Origin: a virus
Length of the DNA stretch: 64,000 nucleotides
IMG/VR virus record: IMGVR_UViG_3300035698_004085
Coordinates: 111,003 to 175,002 of that record
Strand: one strand, 5' to 3'
Position numbers and translations under genes: made by a program
Shown here: piece after piece, positions 36,755-47,215 of the stretch
How positions within the stretch are numbered: the stretch's first letter is position 1
How the letters are laid out: each line of letters begins with the position of its first letter
The notes under the pieces: generated by a model
What the model saw: only the letters and a program-made list of their open reading frames with translations
What the model was told of the DNA's origin: nothing
Databases searched by the model: none

Positions 36755-37104
36755 CTAACAAAGAATTTGAAAAAGTAAATACCAAAACTATTTTCGTTAC
36801 AGTAGACGGACATCCTATCTTAGCTGCAGAAGGAAACATTGAAATTGAGTATGAATCTCTACTAGTCAAAGCCTCTAATATTAGACCTAATGAATTCTGG
36901 AGACGAAAGCAGGGAAAGTTTGTTTATAAAGCAGTCATCTATGAAGACAATAAGCACAAGCTCTACGGAGTATCCTATAATGGTAAGATGTCTTCAGAAT
37001 CCATTAAGCATTTGGTAGAGCGGTGTACTCTACAGGACTTTGTAGATTTTTGTCAATCAGAAATGCAAAAAGATCTAGAAAAAGAGGAGAAAGAAGAATG
37101 TTAA
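36748..37104 (+). CDS. hypothetical protein
   Basis: ORF in operon. Confidence 0.65.
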   Translation: MLANKEFEKVNTKTIFVTVDGHPILAAEGNIEIEYESLLVKASNIRPNEFWRRKQGKFVYKAVIYEDNKHKLYGVSYNGKMSSESIKHLVERCTLQDFVDFCQSEMQKDLEKEEKEEC

Positions 37105-37418
37105 CGAACGAAGAATTTATTGATCTAGTCTCTGACCTAAATGATAGGCTATCTTCTGAGGTATTCGACGTAGAGATGTTCTACCCCACATTTTGTTATG
37201 TTACAGAAGGATATTCAAAAGTCATTCAGTTTGACGATACGACTGTTTATCATTCGTGCCATGACAATATTATTTATGATGACGAACCTGAGTATAAAGA
37301 AGCTGGAGACTATAAAACACAAATTATTAATATTTGTAAACAGAACTTGAAACAATACTTGAAAGCTCTTATGTGGTTTATCAATACTGATCACAAGAAA
37401 GAGAGTCATAATGAATAA
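37098..37418 (+). CDS. hypothetical protein
   Basis: RBS + ATG37098. Confidence 0.65.
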   Translation: MLTNEEFIDLVSDLNDRLSSEVFDVEMFYPTFCYVTEGYSKVIQFDDTTVYHSCHDNIIYDDEPEYKEAGDYKTQIINICKQNLKQYLKALMWFINTDHKKESHNE

Positions 37419-37623
37419 GCTTACCTCGATTTGTAGCAACTCGAAATGTAAAGCTGAGTTTTATAAGTTCTCACGAACAAGCGGACTTTGTTCAGAATGT
37501 CTTCAACTAGTAAAGCAACAACGCGCTACTGACTACATTAAGCAAGCCGCTACGATGCCACTACCTGATCGCGTAACTAAACTAGAAGAGCTTATCCAAG
37601 TATTAGTGACTGGAAAGTTTTAA
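37411..37623 (+). CDS. Zn-finger protein
   Basis: CSNSKC...CSEC. Confidence 0.6.
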   Translation: MNKLTSICSNSKCKAEFYKFSRTSGLCSECLQLVKQQRATDYIKQAATMPLPDRVTKLEELIQVLVTGKF

Positions 37624-37637
37624 AAGGGACTAAGCTC

Positions 37638-37820
37638 TCATTTTCTATCGATCCTGTGTTGAAGTCTAAAAATACCTTCATCAATTTTTTGAGCCACGTA
37701 GTTGAAGACAGAAGGAATCCCTACTTGTTTCTCATACGCTTCATCAATAATAGACCTAACCTCTTCTCCAAGGTCTTCAGCTCGCTTTAAAAATCCTTCC
37801 ATAATTTCTTTATCGCTCAT
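37638..37820 (-). CDS. hypothetical protein
   Basis: ORF with RBS. Confidence 0.55.
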   Translation of the reverse strand: MSDKEIMEGFLKRAEDLGEEVRSIIDEAYEKQVGIPSVFNYVAQKIDEGIFRLQHRIDRK

Positions 37821-37821
37821 A

Positions 37822-38079
37822 TCATCCTTTAGGCATTACTGGAATAGCTGCTTTATGAGTTGCTACAGGCTTTTCTTTAGGTTTCTCTCCAGGTTTTAAT
37901 TTTGGTTTAGGAACAGGAGTAGGGAGCCATAGCCCCTCAAGTCTCTTTAAATACCTTCCAGCCCAGACTTCCATTATAGAAGGTCGCTGGTCATGAGTAC
38001 ACCAGAACCAGTACCACTCAGCGGGGTAGCCCTTCTCAGGAGCAATAGGCGGTGCCTCTGTCCATTCTTCTTCAGTCAT
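37822..38079 (-). CDS. hypothetical protein
   Basis: WTEAPP..WYWF motif. Confidence 0.6.
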   Translation of the reverse strand: MTEEEWTEAPPIAPEKGYPAEWYWFWCTHDQRPSIMEVWAGRYLKRLEGLWLPTPVPKPKLKPGEKPKEKPVATHKAAIPVMPKG

Positions 38080-38370
38080 AAGCTTAACATACTCTTTTCT
38101 TCAAAAAGTTCTTGACACGCTATCTCTAAAAAGCTAAGATGAGCTAATAAGGCAACAACAAGAAAAGGAGCCTACAATGAAAACGAACAGAACTATTAAT
38201 AAAAAAGACTTCAGAAGTTTTTATTTCTTTGAGAAGTCTCTTAGCTTAATGGAAAGCCAGGAAGACTACGATCCTAGCGACCTCGAAGATCTAGTAGGCT
38301 GTGACGCCTACCCGTCAGACGCTTTCAACCTCTCTAACTCTCACAAAGTTGACTAAGAGAAGGAGCTATT

Positions 38371-38607
38371 ATGCGTACCCTAGAAGCCAAATACGTCATT
38401 AAGAAAAAGAACAAAGCCGTTAACATCTTCTCTCCCAGCGAAGAACACTGTACAAAAGCAGAACCAGAAGAAGTATACTCAGCAGGCTTTGTCAAAATAG
38501 TAGACGGAAAGGTTGAATGCTCAGGAGGAAGCACTTCACTAGGCGGCATTATGTCTAAGCCAGAAACAGACGAGTTTCTTATCTCTAAGCTCTTAGGACT
38601 CCTCTAG
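38371..38607 (+). CDS. hypothetical protein
   Basis: AAGGAG RBS; YSAGFV..CSGGSTSL. Confidence 0.65.
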   Translation: MRTLEAKYVIKKKNKAVNIFSPSEEHCTKAEPEEVYSAGFVKIVDGKVECSGGSTSLGGIMSKPETDEFLISKLLGLL

Positions 38608-38756
38608 TCTTCATCCAGTATCTCCTCTTGAACATTACCACATAGAGGACATCGAACTTCAAGCCTCTCTTCTGAGTAGATGTTCTCTACATTAAACTTT
38701 GGGTCAATACTAAATACGTATTCGTGGGAGCACTGTGTACAATTAATCTTTTTCAT
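38604..38756 (-). CDS. 50-aa Zn-ribbon protein
   Basis: MKKINCTQC...VRCPLCG. Confidence 0.6.
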   Translation of the reverse strand: MKKINCTQCSHEYVFSIDPKFNVENIYSEERLEVRCPLCGNVQEEILDED

Positions 38757-38901
38757 TTTCTTTCTTTTTGTTAAAGGGCGTGTTGCCCAAGTTAATAAAC
38801 CGCACTATAACATGTGAAAAACTTATAGTCAACATAAATATACTCTTTTTACAAAACTAAAGAGCACAGTATATTAAAGGTAAGACACAGGAGATCACAA
38901 A

Positions 38902-39183
38902 ATGACAATAAGCAAAGATACATTCCCAACAGATATTTATGACTTACCAGATTTTATAAAAGGAAAACTAGTAGCATATAAGTGTCTCTATCTGAAAGAC
39001 ATGTCAGTAGTTAAAAGAGAAGTAGACCATAGACTTAACTGGATGCTAAGCCAAGCAGTGAAGTCAGGACTCTTAAAGGAGATACCTGAAGTGTACTTAA
39101 TCGAGTACAAAGACTCTTTCAACAATAACTGTTTGATGGTAGACATTGATCACTACATCTTTAGTGAGTCTATTCTTCTTTAA
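38902..39183 (+). CDS. hypothetical protein
   Basis: ORF with RBS. Confidence 0.6.
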   Translation: MTISKDTFPTDIYDLPDFIKGKLVAYKCLYLKDMSVVKREVDHRLNWMLSQAVKSGLLKEIPEVYLIEYKDSFNNNCLMVDIDHYIFSESILL

Positions 39184-39443
39184 CGCTCTAGGATCTTGAA
39201 CAGCTCAATGTCAACAAAGCCTGCATGAGTAAGAGCATGGCAGATCTTACACAATAAGACACACTTATCCAGTTCTTTTACTAAAGTCTCGTCCCAAACA
39301 TTGTAGTCACTTATATTAAATTCTTTTTCAAATGGATTTATATGGTGAAAGTCTAGTGCGCCTGGATATTTACTGTAATCGCACAGTAAGCAAGAGCCTC
39401 CCTTATACTCCATTGCTTTCTTTTTAAGAACTTTCTTATCCAT
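39180..39443 (-). CDS. HNH endonuclease
   Basis: YKGGSCLLCDY..ALDFHH..ELDKCVLLCKICH. Confidence 0.85.
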   Translation of the reverse strand: MDKKVLKKKAMEYKGGSCLLCDYSKYPGALDFHHINPFEKEFNISDYNVWDETLVKELDKCVLLCKICHALTHAGFVDIELFKILER

Positions 39444-39517
39444 ATTTTATATTTTACAGCGATTTTTGTCGTCTTATTAAGGCTATAAACATAAATCTAT
39501 AGTCTTTTTGCTGTCAC

Positions 39518-39549
39518 TTTAAAAGAACCAAACAAAAACCCAGTATAAT
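39518..39549 (+). promoter_or_regulatory. putative late (N20-class) promoter
   Basis: TTTAAA-N20-TATAAT. Confidence 0.65.
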
Positions 39550-39596
39550 ATAATAAAATTTTTAAAGAATCTCTAACTAGCTAGGAGAAAGAAAAC

Positions 39597-41246
39597 ATGA
39601 ATCTTTATTTACGAAACTTAGGAACAAGTAATATTAGCCTTGTTGGAGATAATGGTATTCCAAACGTCTCCATCCCTGCTACTGCAGGAGCTAATTATAC
39701 TACGGTAGCAATCACTCAAGCCTTGGGTAACACCCTCTTTTGTGATTCCGTCGCAGCAATGATTACTGACGGTGATATTTCTGCAAACTTTGACGACTCT
39801 GACGGAAAGTCCCTTACTGCTGCAAACGTAGAGTCTTTTAAAGAGGGTAACCCCTTTGACTTAGATTCTGACAATATTCCAGATCAAGCAGAGAATATCA
39901 ACCTAATTAGCAAGACTGAAATTGATAACACCGATTCACCCTATACCGTTCTGGCAACGGATACTCTAATTGGTTGTGATGTATCAGCCGCTCTTCTAGC
40001 CATTACGCTTCCCATTGGAGTTAACGGAACTGTTTATGAATTTAAAGATGCTGAAGGTAGTGCTAATGCCAATAACATTACTATTACTCCCAATGGTGCT
40101 GAGACGATTGAAGGCGCAGCTACTTACGTAATTAACACTGATTTCAGTGGCGTAAGAATGTATTACAACTTGGCTGATACCGATTGGAAACTAATGAGTT
40201 CTCCTGGCGCTTCGGCTGCAGCTGTTGCTCTAAATACTACTCACCGAACTTCTGATGGTTCTGACCATACATTCCTTGACCAAGCGGTTACTATTGCTGG
40301 TACTCCTACTTTCGCATCATTAACTACTAACGGTGTTGGTGGAAACGTTGCCCTTACTCCTGCTGCTCAAGCTGCTAGCGCGGGTACTGGTGGTGCTACT
40401 ATCGTAGCTACTGGTGGTGCTGGTTCTGCTGCTGGTGGTGCGGTTGCTGGTGCGGCTGGCGGAGCTGCCTCGTTAACTTCTGGCGTTGGTGGAGCTTCTG
40501 ACGGTACCGATGTTGCCGGTCTTGGTGGAGCTAATACGGTAGTTGCTGGTGCTGGTGGTGTTGCTCATACTGCCGTTGTCGGTGGCGTCGGTGGTGCTCA
40601 GTCTGTTGCAGCTGGCGATGGTGGAGCTGGTGTAGCAGCCGCAGTTGGTGGAGCTGGTGGTGACCTTTCGGTTAACGCTGGTGCGGGTGGTGTAACTGGT
40701 GGTGCTGGTGCTGGCGCTAACGGTGCTATCGCTATCGGTGACGTAGCTGCTACAGCTATTACGCTAGGTAATGCAACTGATAATACTACTCTTGAAGTTC
40801 TCGGTACTGGAGACATCGACTTAGATGGTGGTGGAGACATTCTTAACTCTCGGTTAGTACAAGCTGTCGTAACCGCAACTGGTGGAGCCGCTGCTGCAAC
40901 TGCAGGAACTCTTGATATTCAGGTTAATGACCTTGCAGGAAATGCAATTACTAGAGCCGTTTATGTTCGAGTTGACTCAAGCCTAACTCAATACGGTGGT
41001 AATCTTGTCGCAACTGGTACGGCATTCTTAGGCGCAGCTTCTGTTGGAACTACCACAATCGGAACTGGTGCAATTGCTGGACTCATCCTAACTGATGCTA
41101 CCGGACACTACGTTGCTGTTACCTCCAATGCGGCTGATGAGACTGCATGGTTTAGTGCTACAACTGCTCCAGGCGGACACGTTGATGCAGCTGCTGGTTG
41201 TGTTGTTGTTGATTGTGTTCCCAATGATGCTACCTGGGCTGCATAA
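39597..41246 (+). CDS. Gly/Ala-rich virion fibre/decoration protein
   Basis: Gly-rich repeats; YTVLATD..ITLP..KD..NITITP..ETIEG module. Confidence 0.75.
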   Translation: MNLYLRNLGTSNISLVGDNGIPNVSIPATAGANYTTVAITQALGNTLFCDSVAAMITDGDISANFDDSDGKSLTAANVESFKEGNPFDLDSDNIPDQAENINLISKTEIDNTDSPYTVLATDTLIGCDVSAALLAITLPIGVNGTVYEFKDAEGSANANNITITPNGAETIEGAATYVINTDFSGVRMYYNLADTDWKLMSSPGASAAAVALNTTHRTSDGSDHTFLDQAVTIAGTPTFASLTTNGVGGNVALTPAAQAASAGTGGATIVATGGAGSAAGGAVAGAAGGAASLTSGVGGASDGTDVAGLGGANTVVAGAGGVAHTAVVGGVGGAQSVAAGDGGAGVAAAVGGAGGDLSVNAGAGGVTGGAGAGANGAIAIGDVAATAITLGNATDNTTLEVLGTGDIDLDGGGDILNSRLVQAVVTATGGAAAATAGTLDIQVNDLAGNAITRAVYVRVDSSLTQYGGNLVATGTAFLGAASVGTTTIGTGAIAGLILTDATGHYVAVTSNAADETAWFSATTAPGGHVDAAAGCVVVDCVPNDATWAA

Positions 41247-41331
41247 TACCTTTCCTTTTCTCCCTCAATAACAGATAAGTCCTCACCCTTTATTACTAGC
41301 TAATAAATTATCCATTTATTCTCTGGCATAC

Positions 41332-41363
41332 TTTAAAGACTACAACTCAGAGTGAGCTATAAT
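41332..41363 (+). promoter_or_regulatory. putative late (N20-class) promoter
   Basis: TTTAAA-N20-TATAAT. Confidence 0.65.
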
Positions 41364-41407
41364 AACCTAAAGTTGTAAAATCCTTTTTGTATAAGGAGAA
41401 AGAAAAA

Positions 41408-42409
41408 ATGAATCTTTATTTACTAAATTTAGGATCTACCAATATTAGTTTATCGGGGGATAATGGGCTTCCTAAAGTATTTATACCGTTAATAGCAGCA
41501 CAGAATTACGTAACGCTTGACATTTATAAGGTAATTGGTAATGAGCTATTATGCGATAGTATCTCGTCATTAGTATCTTCTTCTATTCTTCAAGCAAGAA
41601 TGCTAAACTCGACTGGTAAAATTCTAACTGCTTCTGAAGTTCTATCTTTTAAAGCAGGAAATCCGTTTGACTTAGACTCTAACGGAATTGTAGATGATGC
41701 TGAAAATCTTAATCTTGTTGCCAAGACGGAAATTGATGATTCCGATTCTCCATATACTGTTTTAGCTACCGATAGCCTAATAGCATGTGACGTATCCAGC
41801 GCTATAATTGCTATTACTCTTCCTGCTGGCATAAACGGACAAGTATATGAGTTCAAGGACTCAGATGGTAGCGCAGCTACCAATAACGTTACAATTACAC
41901 CAGATGGTACGGAAACTATTGAAGGAGCGGCTACATACGTTGTAAGTACAGACTTTGGTGGTATCCAAATGTACTTTGACTCCTTAACCTCTGACTGGAA
42001 ACTCCTTTCAGCATCTGGTGCTTCTCCTGCTGAGATAGCTCTTAATAGCGCTCACAGGTTAGGTAACGGTGAAGATCATGCTACCGTACTTGCCTATAAA
42101 GAAGGAATGCTTCCTGCTTATGCTACAGCGGATCATACAGTAGCTTACGTTCCTTTAGATGCTGACTATGTTATCGGAGCAACTAGTGCTGGCGGAGCAG
42201 TAGCTATTAACCTTGGAGCATTATCAGGTTACACTAACAACAGTGCTATAATAATAAAAGACGAAGGTGGAAATGCTGGAGTTGCTTCAATCACAGTTAC
42301 GCCTGACGGTGCCGAATTAATTGATGGAGTTAACGCTGCTGTAATCATAAACGTATCGTATGCAGTATTAAGGCTCTATAAACGAGCTGGTGGCTGGTTT
42401 ACGTGGTAA
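41408..42409 (+). CDS. virion protein, paralog of 39597 N-terminal half
   Basis: MNLYLxNLG..GDNG, GNPFDLDS, shared fibre module twice. Confidence 0.75.
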   Translation: MNLYLLNLGSTNISLSGDNGLPKVFIPLIAAQNYVTLDIYKVIGNELLCDSISSLVSSSILQARMLNSTGKILTASEVLSFKAGNPFDLDSNGIVDDAENLNLVAKTEIDDSDSPYTVLATDSLIACDVSSAIIAITLPAGINGQVYEFKDSDGSAATNNVTITPDGTETIEGAATYVVSTDFGGIQMYFDSLTSDWKLLSASGASPAEIALNSAHRLGNGEDHATVLAYKEGMLPAYATADHTVAYVPLDADYVIGATSAGGAVAINLGALSGYTNNSAIIIKDEGGNAGVASITVTPDGAELIDGVNAAVIINVSYAVLRLYKRAGGWFTW

Positions 42410-42453
42410 ATTAGGTTTAGTCGAAAGACTATCAAGAAATGTAAGGAATTATT

Positions 42454-45267
42454 ATGCCAGAAAAACCATCATTATTTAGATACTTTGAAGGATCAGATGG
42501 AAAGCCTCGCTATAAAGATGTATTAGGTGAAGACTTTAATCTTACTACTCCTGTTACAGAAACACTAACTGTAGACGGGTCAAGAATAGATACTTATACT
42601 GAAGACGGGTCTAAAGATAGACCGTTTAAAACTATTGCGGCTGCTATTGCAATTGCTACAGCCGGAGCGAGTGCTGTGCTTCCTTATGTAATACATATAT
42701 CTCCAGGTATCTATACTGTAGCTCCTTTTACTGTACCTTCATATTGCAAAATGGAAGGAGAAGGTTGGGGAGCTACCAGTTTACGTTCTTTAGATTTAAC
42801 CGAACACTTTATTACGCTTGAAGATGCTACTGTTTTCCGTGGAGTAAATATTTGGGGGCCTACAACGATTGGAAAAGCTGGCGTTCATCACGTTGGCGGT
42901 TCAACTGCTATTTCTGCTATAGTAGAAGTTACTATTTCAAGAGGTTATTATGGAGTACTCTCCGATCCTTCTTCTGTTGCTCCATTATTAGTTCAAAATC
43001 TTACAGCCTCTTACGCAGGATTTAACTTAGAAAGGCTTTTTGGTGCTCTTGACCATGCAAGCGTAACTGTTAGTGGTTTAATCTCTTCAGGACCTCCGGG
43101 TACTATTGCTACAGCAGCTTATATTGTAGGTTCTAACGTAACAGTAACTATTGTTAACATCTATCATCTATGCGGAACCGGAGACGGAGTATTTCTTGAT
43201 GATAGCGCTCGTTGTTCTATAATGAGCGGAGAATTTTATTATGGCACAAATGCTATACTCGTTGGTAGTAACGGCGCTCCTCAACTAAGAGTCGAATGTA
43301 CTCTTATTCACCGTGATTATCCAGGAGGAGGCGCTAGCTATACATACGATTTAAACATTGGAACAGCTTTAGCTGTGACATTCTTCTCTGGCTCTGCAAA
43401 TGAAGAAAGAATTAATGACACGTTTACCTCAGATCTTCATGCTATCTTTTTAAATCGCGATGCTGGCTCAGAGGGAGCAACTGTTTTAGGAGAATTTCAC
43501 GTTGGAGACGAAGCTGGGAGTACATTCCCTATGCTGTCTTATGCACAAGATGCTTTTTGGACAGGTATCGTTTCTGGCGGAGAAGTAACAAAAAATGCTG
43601 GTTTAATTTTAGATGTTGCAGCAGGTACCGGATTTGTAAACGATGGAAGTAACCCAATTGCCGTTTCTTGGAGTTCCGGTTCTATTACATTAAGTGCGAA
43701 TAAAGCATCTGAATATGTATATGTTAGTCGCGCTGGCGTAATCTCTCACAGTGAGACTCACCCATCACACTCTGATACTATAGTTTTAGCTACAGGTTCT
43801 ACAAACGGTACAGACGTAACGCTGCTTACGCTACACGATATAGAACTCCAACATCGTCTTTCCACCATGGCAGAGTTCTTTGAACGAGCTGTAGGACCTA
43901 TTATGGAATCTGGGTGCTTGGCAACCTTGAGTGGAACCGCTTTGAAACTTGATCTAGCTGCAGGAACGTTCTGGGTTGGTTTATCCGAGAGAACTGTAGC
44001 AGGTGCATCAGATATAACGTTTACCTACTGGTATCGTTCAGGAGGTAGCTGGGTAGCTGTACCCGCACAAACGGTTATAGATGATGAGCAATGGGATAGC
44101 GGAGCGGGACTAGCAGCGATAACTGGCGGTAAATATAAAAATGACGTTCTGTATATAGCAACCAACGAAGATGGTGACGAATACCACGTTGTTTATGGAC
44201 AAGAAGAATTTGCAGATCAAGCCTCAGCCGAAGCTGGCGGACTTCCAACAACACCTGATGTTCTTAAAGAAATGTGCTGTAGAAGTACTTCTGTTGTAAC
44301 CTTAAAAGCTGCTGGAGTTGTTGCCAGTCTTGTTGATGTTCGCCCACAAATGGGTCAGTCTGCTACCGTATCAAGCGGAGTAGCAGGTGACCACGATCTC
44401 TTAACTAACTTAGGTAATGATACCCACCTTCAATATTTAACTACTGGGAGAGCGCTTACTTGGCACAATACCTTATCAGGTGCTCACGTTACTAACGGAG
44501 ATACGCACGATCATAATGGCGGAGACGGTGGTCAAATAAATCATACAACACTTTCTAATATAGGTACTAGAACTCATACTCAGTTAGAGAGTGATATTCT
44601 TCTTAAGCTAGATGCTGCTCAAAAAGCTTCAGCAAGTGGAGTAGCCTCATTAAACGCTAGTTCTTTAGTTGTACAAGATCCTGCTAATGCTACAGCGACT
44701 CCTTCGGCAAGTAAAATACCAATAGCTGACGCTTCAGCAAACTTAGACGGCTGGGTTAGTAGTGGAGCAATAGCAGCTACTCCTTCCCTTAGAGCCTTAG
44801 GGACAACGGCTACAGAAGCTTGCGCGGGTGATGATTCACGCTTAAGTGACTCCAGGACTCCCACAGCGCACGCTACAACGCACTTAGCTGACGGGTCTGA
44901 CCCGATAGTCCCATTATCATTTGCATCCAGTACAGCAGTTTCTACTAATGCTACGACTACTCCGGTTACGAAAGTCACCTTAGCTTTAGGAGTAGTTACA
45001 GCAGGTACATATCGCATAGGCTTCTCTTGCGAAATGAAGAACGGCGATGATAAAAAGTTTATGATTGGACAAGTACTTCTAGATGGGGTTACTCCGATTG
45101 CTGAATGGAATGTGGAGCCGAAGGATAAGCTCTCATGGTATCCACTCTCAGGTTTCAGTTTCCCGGCTCTTACTGGAGCAGCGCATACACTAACTCTTCA
45201 ATTTTGGGCTAGCGGAAACACTACTAGTATCAGAAACGCACATTTAGAATGTGAGCAAGTAGCCTAA
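42454..45267 (+). CDS. tail fibre/spike-like protein with beta-helix-like N-terminal region
   Basis: DGS..PFKTIAAA..IHISPGIY; His-containing fibre repeats (DHDLLTNL..DTH). Confidence 0.75.
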   Translation: MPEKPSLFRYFEGSDGKPRYKDVLGEDFNLTTPVTETLTVDGSRIDTYTEDGSKDRPFKTIAAAIAIATAGASAVLPYVIHISPGIYTVAPFTVPSYCKMEGEGWGATSLRSLDLTEHFITLEDATVFRGVNIWGPTTIGKAGVHHVGGSTAISAIVEVTISRGYYGVLSDPSSVAPLLVQNLTASYAGFNLERLFGALDHASVTVSGLISSGPPGTIATAAYIVGSNVTVTIVNIYHLCGTGDGVFLDDSARCSIMSGEFYYGTNAILVGSNGAPQLRVECTLIHRDYPGGGASYTYDLNIGTALAVTFFSGSANEERINDTFTSDLHAIFLNRDAGSEGATVLGEFHVGDEAGSTFPMLSYAQDAFWTGIVSGGEVTKNAGLILDVAAGTGFVNDGSNPIAVSWSSGSITLSANKASEYVYVSRAGVISHSETHPSHSDTIVLATGSTNGTDVTLLTLHDIELQHRLSTMAEFFERAVGPIMESGCLATLSGTALKLDLAAGTFWVGLSERTVAGASDITFTYWYRSGGSWVAVPAQTVIDDEQWDSGAGLAAITGGKYKNDVLYIATNEDGDEYHVVYGQEEFADQASAEAGGLPTTPDVLKEMCCRSTSVVTLKAAGVVASLVDVRPQMGQSATVSSGVAGDHDLLTNLGNDTHLQYLTTGRALTWHNTLSGAHVTNGDTHDHNGGDGGQINHTTLSNIGTRTHTQLESDILLKLDAAQKASASGVASLNASSLVVQDPANATATPSASKIPIADASANLDGWVSSGAIAATPSLRALGTTATEACAGDDSRLSDSRTPTAHATTHLADGSDPIVPLSFASSTAVSTNATTTPVTKVTLALGVVTAGTYRIGFSCEMKNGDDKKFMIGQVLLDGVTPIAEWNVEPKDKLSWYPLSGFSFPALTGAAHTLTLQFWASGNTTSIRNAHLECEQVA

Positions 45268-45361
45268 CTTTCCCTTGACTTTCCCCTAAATTTCCTGTAT
45301 ATCACTAATCAGTTGTTAACTCTAACTCCTAAAAACGCTTAAGGAGTATATTCTAATATGG

Positions 45362-45613
45362 ATGTTAGAGTCTGGAGCAAAAATGTCTCGTAAAAAAATA
45401 AACAAGAAATCTAAAAAACCTAGTTATAAGTCTCCTGAGCAATATCTTCTAAAGCAACTAGGATTTTCTGATACAGATTTAAAAATAATAGAAATGAACT
45501 CAAAAGGAAAAGAACTAAAGGAGATAGCAGAAGAACTAGGAATGGGTCTTGTAGAAGTAACAGAAACCCTTCAAACTATGTTGGGTAAAGCTTACGGTAA
45601 GAACACGAGCTAA
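45362..45613 (+). CDS. HTH DNA-binding protein
   Basis: FSDTDLKII..GKELKEIAEELGM..V. Confidence 0.65.
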   Translation: MLESGAKMSRKKINKKSKKPSYKSPEQYLLKQLGFSDTDLKIIEMNSKGKELKEIAEELGMGLVEVTETLQTMLGKAYGKNTS

Positions 45614-45624
45614 GGAGAACATTA

Positions 45625-45915
45625 ATGGATAACATTACGCCAATTTATGACAGAATTCTAGTAGAGACAATTACTGAGACTAAATCCAAAGGAGGTATCA
45701 TACTAGTAGCTTCTCACGAAGAGAGCTTTGAGAAGGGTAAAGTAATCTCAGTAGGAAAAGGTAGAAAACTTCTGATGACTAAAGACCTTGCTCCTCTACT
45801 TGTCAAGGAAGGTGACATCATTATTTATGACGGGGCTAAAGCTGCTGAGGTAACTATCGACGGTAAAAAGCTTGTAATCCTTGAAGAACACAACGTTATG
45901 GCTATTCTCTCCTAA
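45625..45915 (+). CDS. groES: co-chaperonin GroES
   Basis: PIYDRILV, KSKGGIIL mobile loop, GKVISVGKG, VKEGD. Confidence 0.93.
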   Translation: MDNITPIYDRILVETITETKSKGGIILVASHEESFEKGKVISVGKGRKLLMTKDLAPLLVKEGDIIIYDGAKAAEVTIDGKKLVILEEHNVMAILS

Positions 45916-45979
45916 ATTTTCCTTGACATTCCTCAAAATTTGCTGTAGACTCCTTGATAACTAATTAAGGAGGAAGCTA

Positions 45980-46204
45980 ATGACTGATAAACAATGGACA
46001 GGCGGTGACGGCTCTGGGTGGAAGCTTGAACACGGTGAGTACTATGCGTTTGTTACAAAACAAGGAGCGCTCTGGTCACTGTTTGTGTGGAGAAGAACAG
46101 TTAAAGGAGAGCTTCTTATCTTCGATTGTTCAATAGCTACATCACGTAAAGCTAAGGAAATAGCTGAATTGGTAATTGATGCGGAAAAATGGAGAACTAA
46201 ATGA
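45980..46204 (+). CDS. hypothetical protein
   Basis: AAGGAGG RBS; upstream TTGACA-N17-TAGACT. Confidence 0.65.
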   Translation: MTDKQWTGGDGSGWKLEHGEYYAFVTKQGALWSLFVWRRTVKGELLIFDCSIATSRKAKEIAELVIDAEKWRTK

Positions 46205-46725
46205 AAAGTGATATGTTTATGTGTGCAAAGTGTGAGAAAGCTGTTCTAGTAGGAGGATCTAGACCTATAATGAAGGTTAATGATAGAATCATTTGCGGAG
46301 AATGCGCTTTACCAGAACTATTAGAAGCTGAAAATAGGATTAAACAACTTGAAGAAGACCTTGCCGAAGCGGAGCTTTCTATTAAGTCTAAAGATGCTTT
46401 GTCAGGACAGTGGATGGTGCCTATTCAATGGAAGGATCGAGCGGAAAAGGCTGAAAAGGATAGCTATGCTGCCAACGAGTCTATGGAAGCAATGCAAGAT
46501 TCTTTGGATAAACCTTGGTATGATGTCAAAGCTGCTGAGGAACGCGCAAAAGAAGCTGAAGTAAAGTTAGATCGCGTTAGAGAATACATTGACAAGATGG
46601 GCTTTGTCCTCTATGAGATTCCAGATGATTGTGACAGAACTAGATCAATCATGGGAAAATATGGAACGTTATCAGGACCTACAGATGTTCTTTTTGACTC
46701 AATCATTAAAATGAATACGGTATAA
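46201..46725 (+). CDS. Zn-finger coiled-coil protein
   Basis: CAKC..CGEC + coiled coil. Confidence 0.65.
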   Translation: MKSDMFMCAKCEKAVLVGGSRPIMKVNDRIICGECALPELLEAENRIKQLEEDLAEAELSIKSKDALSGQWMVPIQWKDRAEKAEKDSYAANESMEAMQDSLDKPWYDVKAAEERAKEAEVKLDRVREYIDKMGFVLYEIPDDCDRTRSIMGKYGTLSGPTDVLFDSIIKMNTV

Positions 46726-46741
46726 CTGTTAGGAGAAGATC

Positions 46742-46993
46742 ATGAAAAGATGCACTGATAGACTTCAGCTCCCGGAGTTTGGAGATAACCCACGCAGCAT
46801 GACAGCTATCTGTTGCCAGCTAGAAGACGGACACGCTGGTCCACATCGTTCAGTTACTCCCAACATCCAGGTAATGGGAGAGCCTTACGCTGACGTGAGC
46901 GAAGAGCTATGTGACGTGCGGATAACCTGGGAGCACTGGGGATGTTGCCCAATTCACGGACAGAATATTGAGGATAAGGAGGCATCTCAATGA
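46742..46993 (+). CDS. Cys/His-rich hypothetical protein
   Basis: CQLEDGHAGPH motif. Confidence 0.6.
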   Translation: MKRCTDRLQLPEFGDNPRSMTAICCQLEDGHAGPHRSVTPNIQVMGEPYADVSEELCDVRITWEHWGCCPIHGQNIEDKEASQ

Positions 46994-47214
46994 GTTTAAG
47001 CGAAGACCAGATCCATGCTAGAATGGAAGTCTACTCTCAGATAAATGACTTTCTTGATCTAGAATATGGGCGTTTAGACGTAGATGGAAGTATTAGCGAG
47101 AAAGAACAAGCTCTTAACGAGAACGAGCAAGCCGAGTTTGTTCGTAAAAAGATATACCGCGAAGCAAAGCGCTGGTTTTATTCGCTTACTCCCAAACAAA
47201 AGAAGGAGGATTGA
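46990..47214 (+). CDS. hypothetical protein
   Basis: ATGA overlap. Confidence 0.6.
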   Translation: MSLSEDQIHARMEVYSQINDFLDLEYGRLDVDGSISEKEQALNENEQAEFVRKKIYREAKRWFYSLTPKQKKED

Positions 47215-47215
47215 T

